Assembly: GCA_038063735.1 (NCBI GenBank)
Contig: JBBTUN010000002.1
Location: forward strand, 13,321 to 77,320
Reading direction: 5' to 3'
Source of the DNA: Patescibacteria group bacterium
GTDB taxonomy: Bacteria; Patescibacteriota; Microgenomatia; Curtissbacterales; GWA2-41-24
Length of the DNA stretch: 64,000 bases
The position numbers were made by a program, and so were the translations under genes. The first letter of the stretch is position 1; each line of letters starts with the position of its first letter. Under the pieces are notes generated by a model. That model saw nothing but the letters and a program-made list of their open reading frames with translations, made no database searches and was not told where the DNA came from. Positions 55,521 through 64,000 of the stretch are shown piece by piece.

Positions 55521-56696
55521 ATGAAAGCAGGATCCATAAACATTTCTGTACTTGGTTCGACGGGGTCGATTGGTACACAAACTCTTGAAGTAGTAGACCA
55601 GTTCAAAGATTCCATTAAAGTGGTCGGTCTGGCGGCCGGTGGAAATGTAAATTTAATAAAGAATCAAATCGAGAAATACAAGCCTAAAATTGTATCCGTG
55701 GCGGAAGAAAAGACAGCAGGGCTCTTGCGAAAGTCTAAAAAATTAGGATCGACCAAAGTTAGTTTTGGGGACGAAGGTAATTGTGCCGTTGCGATTATAA
55801 ATTTGGCAGATAAAGTTGTAATTGCTACGCCTGGGCTATTTGGAATAAAACCAACTCTACTTGCTATCAAAAACAAAAAAACGATTGCACTGGCGACCAA
55901 AGAGGTTTTAGTCGCGGCAGGCGAATTGATAGTATCGGAGGCTAGGAAACATAAGGTGGATTTGCTACCGATTGATTCGGAGCATTCGGCGATATTTCAG
56001 TGCATTGCCGGTCGAAGTGCTGATGAGGTTAAGAGAGTAATCCTGACTTGCTCCGGGGGTCCTTTTAGGGGAATGAAGCCAAAGCAGCTGAAAAAAATCA
56101 CTCCGGCTCAAGCGCTTGCGCATCCAACTTGGAAAATGGGCCAGAAAATTACGATAGACAGCGCAACACTTATGAACAAAGGTTTTGAGGTAATTGAGGC
56201 GATGTGGCTTTTTGGCGTTCCTCTTTCTAAAATCGAAGTTGTTGTCCATCCCCAGAGTATTATCCATTCGGCAGTCGAGTTTGTAGACGGTTCAATAATT
56301 GCCCAAATGGGTGCATCTGACATGCGTTTGCCAATTCAATACGCACTTTTTTATCCCGGTAAACGTTTAGGAAATAAATTCAGAAGGTTTTCATTTACAG
56401 ATGGCAAAGGACTTTCGTTTGAAGAGCCGGATAGAAAGACATTTAGGTGTTTGGACTTGGCATTCAAAGCAATTGGCGAGGGGAAAACGGCTCCGGCGAT
56501 TCTGACCGCTGCAAATGATGTTGCAGTTGAGGCATTTATTGCCGGACGATTGTCTTTTTTGAGGATCGCGGATGTAGTCGAGGCGACACTTAATGCTCAT
56601 ACTCCAAAGAAATACTCAAATTTAGAGCAGATTTTGGTTGTTGACGGGTGGGCAAGGGATAAAGCAGCCCAGTTTGTAGTAAAATTCGGCAGATAA
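55521..56696 (+). CDS. dxr: 1-deoxy-D-xylulose-5-phosphate reductoisomerase
   Basis: ISVLGSTGSIGTQTL NADPH-binding N-terminus, ...LPIDSEHSAIFQC... Confidence 0.9.
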   Translation: MKAGSINISVLGSTGSIGTQTLEVVDQFKDSIKVVGLAAGGNVNLIKNQIEKYKPKIVSVAEEKTAGLLRKSKKLGSTKVSFGDEGNCAVAIINLADKVVIATPGLFGIKPTLLAIKNKKTIALATKEVLVAAGELIVSEARKHKVDLLPIDSEHSAIFQCIAGRSADEVKRVILTCSGGPFRGMKPKQLKKITPAQALAHPTWKMGQKITIDSATLMNKGFEVIEAMWLFGVPLSKIEVVVHPQSIIHSAVEFVDGSIIAQMGASDMRLPIQYALFYPGKRLGNKFRRFSFTDGKGLSFEEPDRKTFRCLDLAFKAIGEGKTAPAILTAANDVAVEAFIAGRLSFLRIADVVEATLNAHTPKKYSNLEQILVVDGWARDKAAQFVVKFGR

Positions 56697-56757
56697 TATA
56701 TCACAGGTCGCACTTCGATAAACTCAGTGCGCTCCTCTGATATTTTTGTAGACAAAT

Positions 56758-57465
56758 ATGAATCACTTGATAATAGTTGCCGGGGGCAGCGGTAAGCGCA
56801 TGAATTTAGGGTTTAATAAGATTTTTGTTAAGCTTGGCGGTTTTCCGATAATTTACTGGACAATTTTGGCTTTCGAGAGAAGTAAGACTGTCCAAAACAT
56901 AATTATTTCGGCAAGCGAGGAGGATATTTTAAAAATTAGAGCTCTTGTTAAACGAAGCGGATTTGGTAAAGTTAAGGATATAACTGTTGCAGGTCCGACA
57001 AGGCAGCAATCCACTTTTGAAATTCTAAAAATGATTAAGTTAAAAATTAAAGACAAAGATTTAGTAGGTATTCATAACGGTGCAAATCCGTTTGTGACAG
57101 CGGAGGAAATAAAAAAGGTGTTTTTGGCTGCAAAAAAACATGGGGCTGCACTTCTGGCACAGCCTGCGAGGGACACTGTTAAGATAGCGGACGCGGATAC
57201 TTTTGTTGAAAGTACCCCACTGCGACAGTTTTCCTGGTATGCGCAAACTCCGCAGGTAGCCACTTTTGGAAATTTATGGAAGGCATTTGTTTTTGCCGAA
57301 CGCCAAAAGTTTACGGGAACAGACGATGCCCAGCTTTTGGAAAGAGTAGGTATAAGGCCGAAAATAATCGCTTGTACAAATTTAAACGTTAAGATTACTT
57401 TCAGGGAAGATATACAACTAGCAAAGCAGATTTTAAAAAATTTCTTGAAAAACAATAAGTTATGA
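56758..57465 (+). CDS. ispD: 2-C-methyl-D-erythritol 4-phosphate cytidylyltransferase
   Basis: IIVAGGSGKRM...K.F matches the IspD N-terminal motif. Confidence 0.85.
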   Translation: MNHLIIVAGGSGKRMNLGFNKIFVKLGGFPIIYWTILAFERSKTVQNIIISASEEDILKIRALVKRSGFGKVKDITVAGPTRQQSTFEILKMIKLKIKDKDLVGIHNGANPFVTAEEIKKVFLAAKKHGAALLAQPARDTVKIADADTFVESTPLRQFSWYAQTPQVATFGNLWKAFVFAERQKFTGTDDAQLLERVGIRPKIIACTNLNVKITFREDIQLAKQILKNFLKNNKL

Positions 57466-57956
57466 AAAATACTTCCGACTTTAGAATCGGGATAGGTCAG
57501 GATTCACATAGATTCGAAAAAAGATCAAAACCTTTGTTTTTAGGAGGAATTGAGGTTGCGAAGTCGGGTGGGCTCGCAGGCAAATCTGATGCCGATGTTA
57601 TTTTGCACAGTCTTTGTAATGCGCTTTCTTCGGCAATCGGCGGAGATTCGCTTTCTACATGGTCTGATAAAATGTGCAGCCAAGGGATAGTAAACAGTCA
57701 AAAATATTTGGAGCATATATTTGATGTAATCTGCAAAAAGAACTATAAAGTTTTGAATGTTTCCATATCGGTTGAGGCGAAAAAGCCCTATTTTGTACTT
57801 GAGACGATCAAAAAAATGAAAAACAAAATTGCCAAGCTTTTGGACATTGATGCTGCGCTGGTAGGAATTACGTTCACATCGGGTGAAGGGCTGACGCCGT
57901 TTGGCCGGGGACTTGGAATTCAGTCTTTTGCCCAAGTATTGCTGTGTCGAAAATAA
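57462..57956 (+). CDS. ispF: 2-C-methyl-D-erythritol 2,4-cyclodiphosphate synthase
   Basis: FRIGIGQDSHRF...G......GL.G.SDADV.LH. Confidence 0.85.
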   Translation: MKNTSDFRIGIGQDSHRFEKRSKPLFLGGIEVAKSGGLAGKSDADVILHSLCNALSSAIGGDSLSTWSDKMCSQGIVNSQKYLEHIFDVICKKNYKVLNVSISVEAKKPYFVLETIKKMKNKIAKLLDIDAALVGITFTSGEGLTPFGRGLGIQSFAQVLLCRK

Positions 57957-58825
57957 CCAAAAAAGCGTTTGCCAAGTTAGACTTAGGCATTCATATAAAC
58001 CCGAAAAAATCCAAAGAAGGATTTTTCCCTGTTTCCTATATAGATTGCCAATTGGATATTTGTGACGAACTTCTATTTGAGAGGGCAAAGGGCGGGATTG
58101 AAATTATTTGTGACGAGCCGGAGGTTCCGATAAATGAGGATAATTTTATTTACCAGGCAGGGATTTTATTAAAAGAAGCGAGTGGTAAGGGGGAATTGGG
58201 GGCAAAAATTACTCTGAAAAAGAGGATTCCGATAAAGGCCGGTTTTGGCGGAGGCAGCAGTGATGGGGCGGCGGCACTTTTTGGGCTTTCGCAGCTTTGG
58301 GATATTCGTCTTTCGCCAAATCAGATGCGCGAATTTTCCAAAAAATTAGGTAAAGATTTCTACTACAGTTTATATGGCGGTCTTTCGGAAGTTCAAAGTG
58401 TCGGCAGGAATTATAAAACAAGCAGGATTTCCGGTCGACTTGACGGATTTTGGACGGTTGTCGTAGTACCTGTTTTGGAAAAGCCTTCTACGGGTTGGAT
58501 TTATGAACACTTGGATAGAAAAAAAATTGGCAAGAGTCTTAGTCGATTCAAAAAATTAAAGCAGGCGCTTTTAAAAAAGGACAAAGAAAAGATTATGGCG
58601 AGTTTATTCAACGATTTTGAGAGTTCGGTTTCTGTTTATTACCCCATAATTTCCCAAATAAAGCGGGATTTGGCAGAAGCTGGCGCATCTGGTAAACTCA
58701 TGGCTGGCGCGGGTCTTTCGGTTGTAGGTTTTTTCGACAGCCAGAAAAGTGCAGAATCTGTAGCCTTTGGATTAGGCAAGAATCAAAAATATAAACAGAT
58801 TCTGATTTCAAAGACAATTTTTTAA
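57944..58825 (+). CDS. ispE: 4-diphosphocytidyl-2-C-methyl-D-erythritol kinase (GHMP kinase)
   Basis: AFAKLDLGIHI...K.IP..AGFGGGSSDGAAAL is the GHMP ATP-binding motif; operon context. Confidence 0.75.
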   Translation: MSKITKKAFAKLDLGIHINPKKSKEGFFPVSYIDCQLDICDELLFERAKGGIEIICDEPEVPINEDNFIYQAGILLKEASGKGELGAKITLKKRIPIKAGFGGGSSDGAAALFGLSQLWDIRLSPNQMREFSKKLGKDFYYSLYGGLSEVQSVGRNYKTSRISGRLDGFWTVVVVPVLEKPSTGWIYEHLDRKKIGKSLSRFKKLKQALLKKDKEKIMASLFNDFESSVSVYYPIISQIKRDLAEAGASGKLMAGAGLSVVGFFDSQKSAESVAFGLGKNQKYKQILISKTIF

Positions 58826-58830
58826 AGTTT

Positions 58831-59931
58831 ATGTTTACTCGTGATAAAACCAGACCGGTTAAAATAGGCAAGCTGACAATTGGCGGCGGCAATCCTGTGC
58901 GGGTGCAGTCTATGACCCAGACCAGAACTCACGATGTTGCCGCAACGGTTGCTCAGATTAACGAACTAGCCAAGGCAGGCTGCGAAATAATAAGGGTGAC
59001 TGCGCCGGATATGGACAGTGCCAAAGCACTAGGCCCTATAAAGCGTCAAATTAAAATTCCGCTTATTGTTGATATTCACTTTCAGTATCAGTTGGCGCTT
59101 GAGGCGATCAGGCAGGGTGTCGACAAGGTGCGCATTAATCCGGGCAATATTGGCGGGGAAGACCGGGTAAAAGAGGTTGTTTTGGCCTGTAAAAAGAAAA
59201 ATATTCCAATTAGGATTGGGGTTAATATGGGGTCTTTGGAAAAGGATCTTTTTGCAAAGTACGGAAAATATGGTGTGCCGCGGGTAATGGTGGAATCGGC
59301 AACGCGGCATGTAAAAATTCTGGAAGGGCTAAAATTCTATGATATTGTTGTTTCACTAAAAGGTGATAACCCCGTGTTTGCCAAAGAAGCGTATATGCTT
59401 TTTGCTAAACGTTTTAATTACCCACTGCATGTTGGTATAACTGAGGCTGGAACTCTTTGGGCCGGGACTATTAAATCAGCCGTGGGGATAGGCGCGATTC
59501 TTTCTGAAGGAATCGGAGATACGATTCGTGTTTCTATTGCAGACGACCCTAAAGATCAGGTTAAGATCGGTTGGGAAATTCTAAAATCACTGGAACTTAG
59601 GCAAAAAGGGGTTAATATTATTGCCTGTCCGACTTGCGGGCGAACGGAAATTAATCTGATTGAACTTGCCAAGGAAGTAGAATCGATCGTTTCGGTACTT
59701 GATGCGCCTCTTAAGATTGCGGTGATGGGTTGTGTGGTAAACGGGCCGGGGGAGGCCAGTTTTGCGGATATCGGTGTTTGCGGCGGCAAAAACCAGGGCG
59801 CAATATTTAAGCGCGGAAAGCTGGTTGCTACTTATAAGGAAGCGGAACTTTTGCCGGCTTTTATAGGAGAAATTAAAAAGCTCTTGGTGGAAAAAGGCTA
59901 CAAGTCAGAGGTTAAAAAGCTGCACATATGA
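58831..59931 (+). CDS. ispG: 4-hydroxy-3-methylbut-2-enyl diphosphate synthase
   Basis: ...VQSMT.T.T.DV.ATV.QI..L..AGCEI.R...IACPTCGR.... Confidence 0.9.
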   Translation: MFTRDKTRPVKIGKLTIGGGNPVRVQSMTQTRTHDVAATVAQINELAKAGCEIIRVTAPDMDSAKALGPIKRQIKIPLIVDIHFQYQLALEAIRQGVDKVRINPGNIGGEDRVKEVVLACKKKNIPIRIGVNMGSLEKDLFAKYGKYGVPRVMVESATRHVKILEGLKFYDIVVSLKGDNPVFAKEAYMLFAKRFNYPLHVGITEAGTLWAGTIKSAVGIGAILSEGIGDTIRVSIADDPKDQVKIGWEILKSLELRQKGVNIIACPTCGRTEINLIELAKEVESIVSVLDAPLKIAVMGCVVNGPGEASFADIGVCGGKNQGAIFKRGKLVATYKEAELLPAFIGEIKKLLVEKGYKSEVKKLHI

Positions 59932-60932
59932 TTTCGAAAATAATTCTTGTTAGGCCACGCGGGTTTTGCGCGGGCGTTGATCGAGCGATTGATGTTGTGG
60001 AGACTGCGCTGGAGATTTTCGGGGCGCCAGTTTACGTTAAACATGCAATTGTTCATAATACTCACGTTGTTGGTGACCTTACCGAAAAAGGTGCTAAATT
60101 TATTGAAGAACTTGCTGAAATACCCAAGGGGAAAAAAGTCATTCTGGTTTTTTCTGCGCACGGAACGCCACCTTCTGTAAAGGAAGAGGCTAAAGCTCGC
60201 GGTCATAGGGTTATTGATGCGACTTGTCCACTGGTAACAAAAGTTCATTTGGAGGCAAAACGCTATGCCAATGAGGGTTACTTCATTATTTATGTCGGGC
60301 ATCGCGGCCATCCGGAACCGATTGGGGTAATGGGGGAGATTAACCCCGCGTTGATAGTTCTTATTGAAAATGCAAACGAAGTGGAGACCCTCAAGGTTCC
60401 TCAGGAGGAAAAATTAGTGTACTTGAATCAAACAACGCTTTCCATACCCGATGTTTCCCAAACAATTGAAGCTTTGAAAAAACGTTTTGTGAACATTGTC
60501 GCTCCTCCTTCTTCGGATATTTGTTATGCGACCACAAACAGGCAAAAATCGGCAAGGGAACTTGCAAAAAAAAGTGATGCGGTTTTGGTGATCGGTTCGG
60601 TCACAAGTTCTAATTCTCAAAGGCTTAGAGACGTAAGTGAAGAAGAAGGTGCGAAAGCTTACTTAATTGATGATGAGACTGTAATTGATCCAAAGTGGTT
60701 TGAGGGAGTGAAAACTTTGGGAATAACCAGCGGCGCGTCTGCCCCCGAGTATTTAATCGAGAGACTTGTTAACTATCTTAAGGAGAGATTCCCAGGAGTT
60801 GAAATTACAAATCTTGACGTTATGCGTGAGGAGATTAAGTTTCCTCTGCCGGATGATCTGGTTTCTATGGCCAAGCAAACAGAAAAAGGTAATGTTTGGG
60901 TCGAGAAACACAGGGTGGCTACACAAAAATAA
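59928..60932 (+). CDS. ispH: 4-hydroxy-3-methylbut-2-enyl diphosphate reductase
   Basis: ...PRGFCAGVDRAI...HN..V.... Confidence 0.9.
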   Translation: MISKIILVRPRGFCAGVDRAIDVVETALEIFGAPVYVKHAIVHNTHVVGDLTEKGAKFIEELAEIPKGKKVILVFSAHGTPPSVKEEAKARGHRVIDATCPLVTKVHLEAKRYANEGYFIIYVGHRGHPEPIGVMGEINPALIVLIENANEVETLKVPQEEKLVYLNQTTLSIPDVSQTIEALKKRFVNIVAPPSSDICYATTNRQKSARELAKKSDAVLVIGSVTSSNSQRLRDVSEEEGAKAYLIDDETVIDPKWFEGVKTLGITSGASAPEYLIERLVNYLKERFPGVEITNLDVMREEIKFPLPDDLVSMAKQTEKGNVWVEKHRVATQK

Positions 60933-60933
60933 A

Positions 60934-61998
60934 ATGAGTTTAGCTTTGCTGGGAAATGAAGGTTTTTCGGACCTTTTGGATGAATTTTTAACGGTATTTG
61001 AGCCATATGCCCGATTGTATTTTAAAAAGAGGAAGACAGAACTTAATAAATATCCGGAGTTAATTGGCAGATTCTACGAGGACCTTTGGGACATATCTGC
61101 AGGGGGTAAGAGGTTGAGAGGCTTTTTGGTTTATTTGGGTTATCTGGTGGGCGGCAGAAGTGACCTCGAGAAAATTTTACCGATATCGCTGGCTATTGAA
61201 ACAATTCATACGTTTCTTTTGATTCATGATGACGTGATTGATAAGTCCGATACAAGGCATGGTAAGCTTACTATCCACAGGCGGCTGGAAAAGCTATTTG
61301 GGGCCCACTACGGGATGAGTCAGGCCATTATAGTTGGGGACATTGCCTGTTTTGAGGCGTTTGCGCTTGTTAATTCTTCGCGGCTTAGTGCGCAGGCGAA
61401 AGTTGAATGTCAGAAGAAAATCTATGAAGTTCTTTTGGAAACTGCATACGGTGAAGCGCTTGATGTTGAAAACAGTTACAAGAAGGCAAGTGTTGATGAC
61501 ATCAAACAAGTGACTGATTTAAAGACAGCGAGGTACTCTTTTGTCGGGCCACTCGCTATTGGGGCAATACTCGCAGGCAAGGCTAGTAGCAATCAACTAG
61601 ATGCAATAAGTAAATTTGGACGACTCGTTGGTGTTGCGTTTCAATTACAAGATGATTTATTGGGTTTATTTGGAGATGAAAAGGTGCTTGGTAAATCTGT
61701 TCTCTCGGATATGCGGGAGGGTAAGAATACCCTGGTTATTTACAAGGCGCGAGAATTGGCAACAAACAGTGATAGACAAATGCTTAGCACCTTGTGGGGA
61801 AAACAGACTGCGAGTAAAGCGGATCTAATAACAGTGCAGGAAATAGTTAAAAGATCCGGTGCATACGTATGGTGCACTGGCGAAATGGACAGGTTAAATA
61901 AAAAAGCGAATATGTGTAGAAGTTTGATTTCTAAGGATAAAAATATTCAGACAATTTTTGCGCAAATGGCACAGTTTATTGTTTCAAGGAGGAGCTAG
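60934..61998 (+). CDS. polyprenyl diphosphate synthase (trans-isoprenyl diphosphate synthase family)
   Basis: First DD..D motif LIHDDVIDKSDTRHG, second FQLQDDLLGLFGDE; start placed at MSLALLGNEGF just after the ispH stop. The ORF-track start at 60766 overlaps ispH. Confidence 0.8.
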   Translation: MSLALLGNEGFSDLLDEFLTVFEPYARLYFKKRKTELNKYPELIGRFYEDLWDISAGGKRLRGFLVYLGYLVGGRSDLEKILPISLAIETIHTFLLIHDDVIDKSDTRHGKLTIHRRLEKLFGAHYGMSQAIIVGDIACFEAFALVNSSRLSAQAKVECQKKIYEVLLETAYGEALDVENSYKKASVDDIKQVTDLKTARYSFVGPLAIGAILAGKASSNQLDAISKFGRLVGVAFQLQDDLLGLFGDEKVLGKSVLSDMREGKNTLVIYKARELATNSDRQMLSTLWGKQTASKADLITVQEIVKRSGAYVWCTGEMDRLNKKANMCRSLISKDKNIQTIFAQMAQFIVSRRS

Positions 61999-62057
61999 AG
62001 GTAGAATTAAGTTGAAAGGCTAGCGCCTTTTTGATATCCTTTCCAATAGGTTTAAGT

Positions 62058-62756
62058 ATGCATAAAACTAGTAAGAATTTTCCAAAACACGTGATAATTA
62101 TTCCGGATGGTAATCGCAGGTGGGCCAAAAAACGGGGTCTGGCGCCTATTGAAGGCCACAAAAAGGGTTTGGAAACAGCACTTGAAGTTGTGCGTGGTTC
62201 AAGAAACCTGGGTGTGAGGATGCTAACTCTTTGGGGGTTTTCTACAGAAAATTGGAAGAGGCCTAATATTGAAGTTAAATACCTAATGCGCATATATGTG
62301 CTGTTTTTTAAAAAGCATCTTCGCGAATTGATGAAAGAAGGGGTAAGGTTCAGGTGGCTTGGAAGACGAGACAGGGTTCCAATTTCACTTCGTGAGGTAC
62401 TTGTAAAAATGGAAAAAGCGACTGCAAAAAATAAAAAATATATGCTTAATATTTGCATAGATTATGGCGGACACGAAGAAATTGTGAACGCATTCAAGAA
62501 AATAGTTTCTAAAAAAATCAGGCCATCCCAAATAACTCCGGAGCTAATTTCCCAAAATCTGCAGACCCGCGGAATGCCGGATCCGGACCTTTTAATTAGA
62601 ACATCCGGCGAAATGAGAACGAGTGGAATAATGCCGTGGCAAACGGCCTACACAGAACTTTTCTTCTCCAAGCTTCTGTTCCCGGATTTTTCTGTGCTTG
62701 AGCTCAAAAAGGCGATTAATGGTTATCAAATGAGACAAAGACGCTTTGGGCAGTAG
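62058..62756 (+). CDS. uppS: undecaprenyl diphosphate synthase (cis-prenyltransferase)
   Basis: HVIIIPDGNRRWAKKRGL..........G.......LT.WGFSTENW.R. Confidence 0.85.
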   Translation: MHKTSKNFPKHVIIIPDGNRRWAKKRGLAPIEGHKKGLETALEVVRGSRNLGVRMLTLWGFSTENWKRPNIEVKYLMRIYVLFFKKHLRELMKEGVRFRWLGRRDRVPISLREVLVKMEKATAKNKKYMLNICIDYGGHEEIVNAFKKIVSKKIRPSQITPELISQNLQTRGMPDPDLLIRTSGEMRTSGIMPWQTAYTELFFSKLLFPDFSVLELKKAINGYQMRQRRFGQ

Positions 62757-62764
62757 GTAGAAGT

Positions 62765-62805
62765 ATCAGAAGTTACAAAGGTATCAAGGGTATCAAATGT
62801 CGAAA
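62765..62805 (+). repeat. GTATCA(A/G) tandem units, intergenic upstream of the SIS isomerase gene
   Basis: aagtatcagaagttacaaaggtatcaagggtatcaaatg. Confidence 0.5.
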
Positions 62806-62822
62806 AACGAGTTAACCCAAGT

Positions 62823-63863
62823 ATGGTAAACGCTGTGAATTCCCCACATAAATTTGATAAATCCAATTTAAGACAGGTAATAATAGACGCGCCGAAACAA
62901 TTTGCGGTAGGTTTTGATATCGCAGGTGATGTAAAAGTTGAAGGTGAATTTGAAAGGGTTGTCTTTTTTGGTGAGGGTGGGTCTGCTTTTCCGGCATCTT
63001 TTGTGCGAATTTTGATTGCCGATAAAAGGTACCTTTCGGGACAATTGCCAATAAAATTCATGCAAAATTATACATACAACCTTACTCCGGATAGTTTTGG
63101 CAACACACTTAACGTCTTTTGTTCATATTCCGGAAACACAGAAGAGACAATCTCTACACTGAGACAAGCAATTGAGAAAAAACTTCCGGCGGTTGCGATT
63201 TCATCCGGCGGACAGGTTGAGCAAATATGCAGGCAAAGTGATATTCCATTTGTAAAATTGCCGATGCCAAGCGAGAGTTTTCAGCCAAGAATGGGAACTG
63301 GTTACTTTGTAGCGGCAATGCTTGCGGTTTTGGAAAATGCCAGATTGACGAGCGATTTTTCGGATGAAATTTTAGAAAGTGCAACAGGATTCGGAGAAAA
63401 AATGGAGGGTTTTGAGAAAAAAGGTTTGGAGTCGGCTTTGAAAATTGCCGGAAAAACTCCGCTTGTTTGGGCAAACCAGATGTATCATGAATTGGCTCGT
63501 GTTTGGACGATCAAGTTTAACGAACACGCTAAAAACCCAGCTTTTTGGAACTACTTTTCCGAACTTAACCATAATCTGATGGTTGGGATGTCCCATTTGG
63601 GAGAGGGGTATTTTGTCATTATGCTTAAAGACCCAGCCGATGACCCCAGAAACCATAAAAGATACGAGGTGACAGCAGGGATTTTGAGAGAGGTTGGAGT
63701 GGAATCTGAAATTTTGGAACTTGAGGGCGAGACAGTTTTTGAAAAGCTTTTTAATTCAATTTACTTAGCGGATTTTGCCGCTTATTATCTTGCAGAAAAG
63801 AACCAAGTTGATCCTACCCCGGTTGTGATGGTTGAGGAGCTTAAAAAAAGGCTCAAAGGCTAA
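62823..63863 (+). CDS. SIS-domain sugar isomerase (bifunctional phosphoglucose/phosphomannose isomerase-like)
   Basis: 346 aa with two SIS-like segments (FFGEGGSAFPA..., VAISSGG...); located immediately before glmS. Confidence 0.5.
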   Translation: MVNAVNSPHKFDKSNLRQVIIDAPKQFAVGFDIAGDVKVEGEFERVVFFGEGGSAFPASFVRILIADKRYLSGQLPIKFMQNYTYNLTPDSFGNTLNVFCSYSGNTEETISTLRQAIEKKLPAVAISSGGQVEQICRQSDIPFVKLPMPSESFQPRMGTGYFVAAMLAVLENARLTSDFSDEILESATGFGEKMEGFEKKGLESALKIAGKTPLVWANQMYHELARVWTIKFNEHAKNPAFWNYFSELNHNLMVGMSHLGEGYFVIMLKDPADDPRNHKRYEVTAGILREVGVESEILELEGETVFEKLFNSIYLADFAAYYLAEKNQVDPTPVVMVEELKKRLKG

Positions 63864-63908
63864 TTTATCCTTTACATAAGTCTTCTTAAAATATAAAATT
63901 CCCAAGGT

Positions 63909-64000
63909 ATGTGTGGAATATTTGGATATGTAGGCAAGCGTACAGATGCCGAAAAGATTGTTTTTGAGGGCATAAAAAGTCTTGAGTATAGAGGATACGA
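63909..64000 (+). CDS. glmS: glutamine--fructose-6-phosphate aminotransferase, N-terminal fragment (continues beyond window)
   Basis: [31 protein letters not shown]: Ntn amidotransferase Cys2 start. Confidence 0.7.
   Translation, partial: [30 protein letters not shown]

Noticed and set aside
60766-60933. Upstream extension of the polyprenyl synthase ORF overlapping ispH by about 165 nt
   Set aside because: The in-frame ATG at 60934 lies directly after the ispH stop, which is a more parsimonious start.

Overview
AT-rich, gene-dense bacterial chromosome segment. The strong AGGAGG ribosome-binding sites, many tiny hypothetical genes and overall gene content look like a small-genome Patescibacteria/CPR-like organism. 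This is an inference from gene content, not a measurement.

Gene content, left to right:
- 1-11.8 kb, iron-sulfur neighbourhood: Rrf2/IscR-like regulator, sufC, sufB, three hypothetical cassettes, a truncated sufD, a four-helix-bundle protein, a Rieske ferredoxin, sufS, sufU, a small ferredoxin, a VIT-family iron transporter and an FAD oxidoreductase.
- 11.8-16.9 kb: rpiB, class II aldolase, transaldolase and a MIP channel.
- 16.9-20.3 kb: a VirD4/TraG-like ATPase with a pilin-like gene and tRNA-Ile(UAU).
- 20.3-22.2 kb: a BrnT/BrnA toxin-antitoxin pair, nadK and an archaeal-type CMP kinase.
- 22.3-29 kb: a complete F1Fo ATP synthase operon on the minus strand (atpBEFHAGDC).
- 29-34.3 kb: a large hypothetical protein, a Pro/Thr-rich protein, a tyrosine recombinase next to two CAT-anticodon tRNAs, and an FtsB-like gene.
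- 34.3-55.5 kb: a YbaK-like deacylase, trpS, ftsH, a Pol I-type 5'-3' exonuclease, a HAD hydrolase, a GT4 glycosyltransferase, an ABC exporter, fpg, an MFS transporter, recF, a membrane HExxH protein, Fic, a second four-helix-bundle protein, an ATP-dependent DNA ligase, trehalase, UDG family 4, pth and an MGMT-like protein.
- 55.5-64 kb: a full MEP isoprenoid operon (dxr-ispD-ispF-ispE-ispG-ispH), a polyprenyl synthase, uppS, a PGI/PMI-like SIS protein and the start of glmS.

The most striking signal is not a gene but a repeat population. At least four families of 30-90 nt, locally GC-rich, hairpin-forming elements, plus several microsatellite-like units, sit in frame inside conserved housekeeping genes (sufC, sufS, sufU, sufD, atpA, recF, DNA ligase, the Pol I exonuclease, the GT4 enzyme, MGMT, fpg) as well as in intergenic DNA. 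In several cases the inserted peptide has a recognisable consensus, for example ...RA(A/V)G(S/N)PS..T..RE... and GGPS(F/Y)A...K.

Other notable structures:
- A three-gene cassette array between sufB and sufD, bounded by near-identical 40-45 bp direct repeats that copy the sufD 5' leader.
- A 29-nt element with flanking hairpins shared by the upstream regions of two unrelated genes.
- A promoter-to-terminator unit of about 230 nt with no ORF, a candidate ncRNA or leader.
- A ferredoxin-like gene with an in-frame TAG.
- Palindromic intergenic elements inside the atp operon and upstream of the MIP channel.

No rRNA and no CRISPR array are present.
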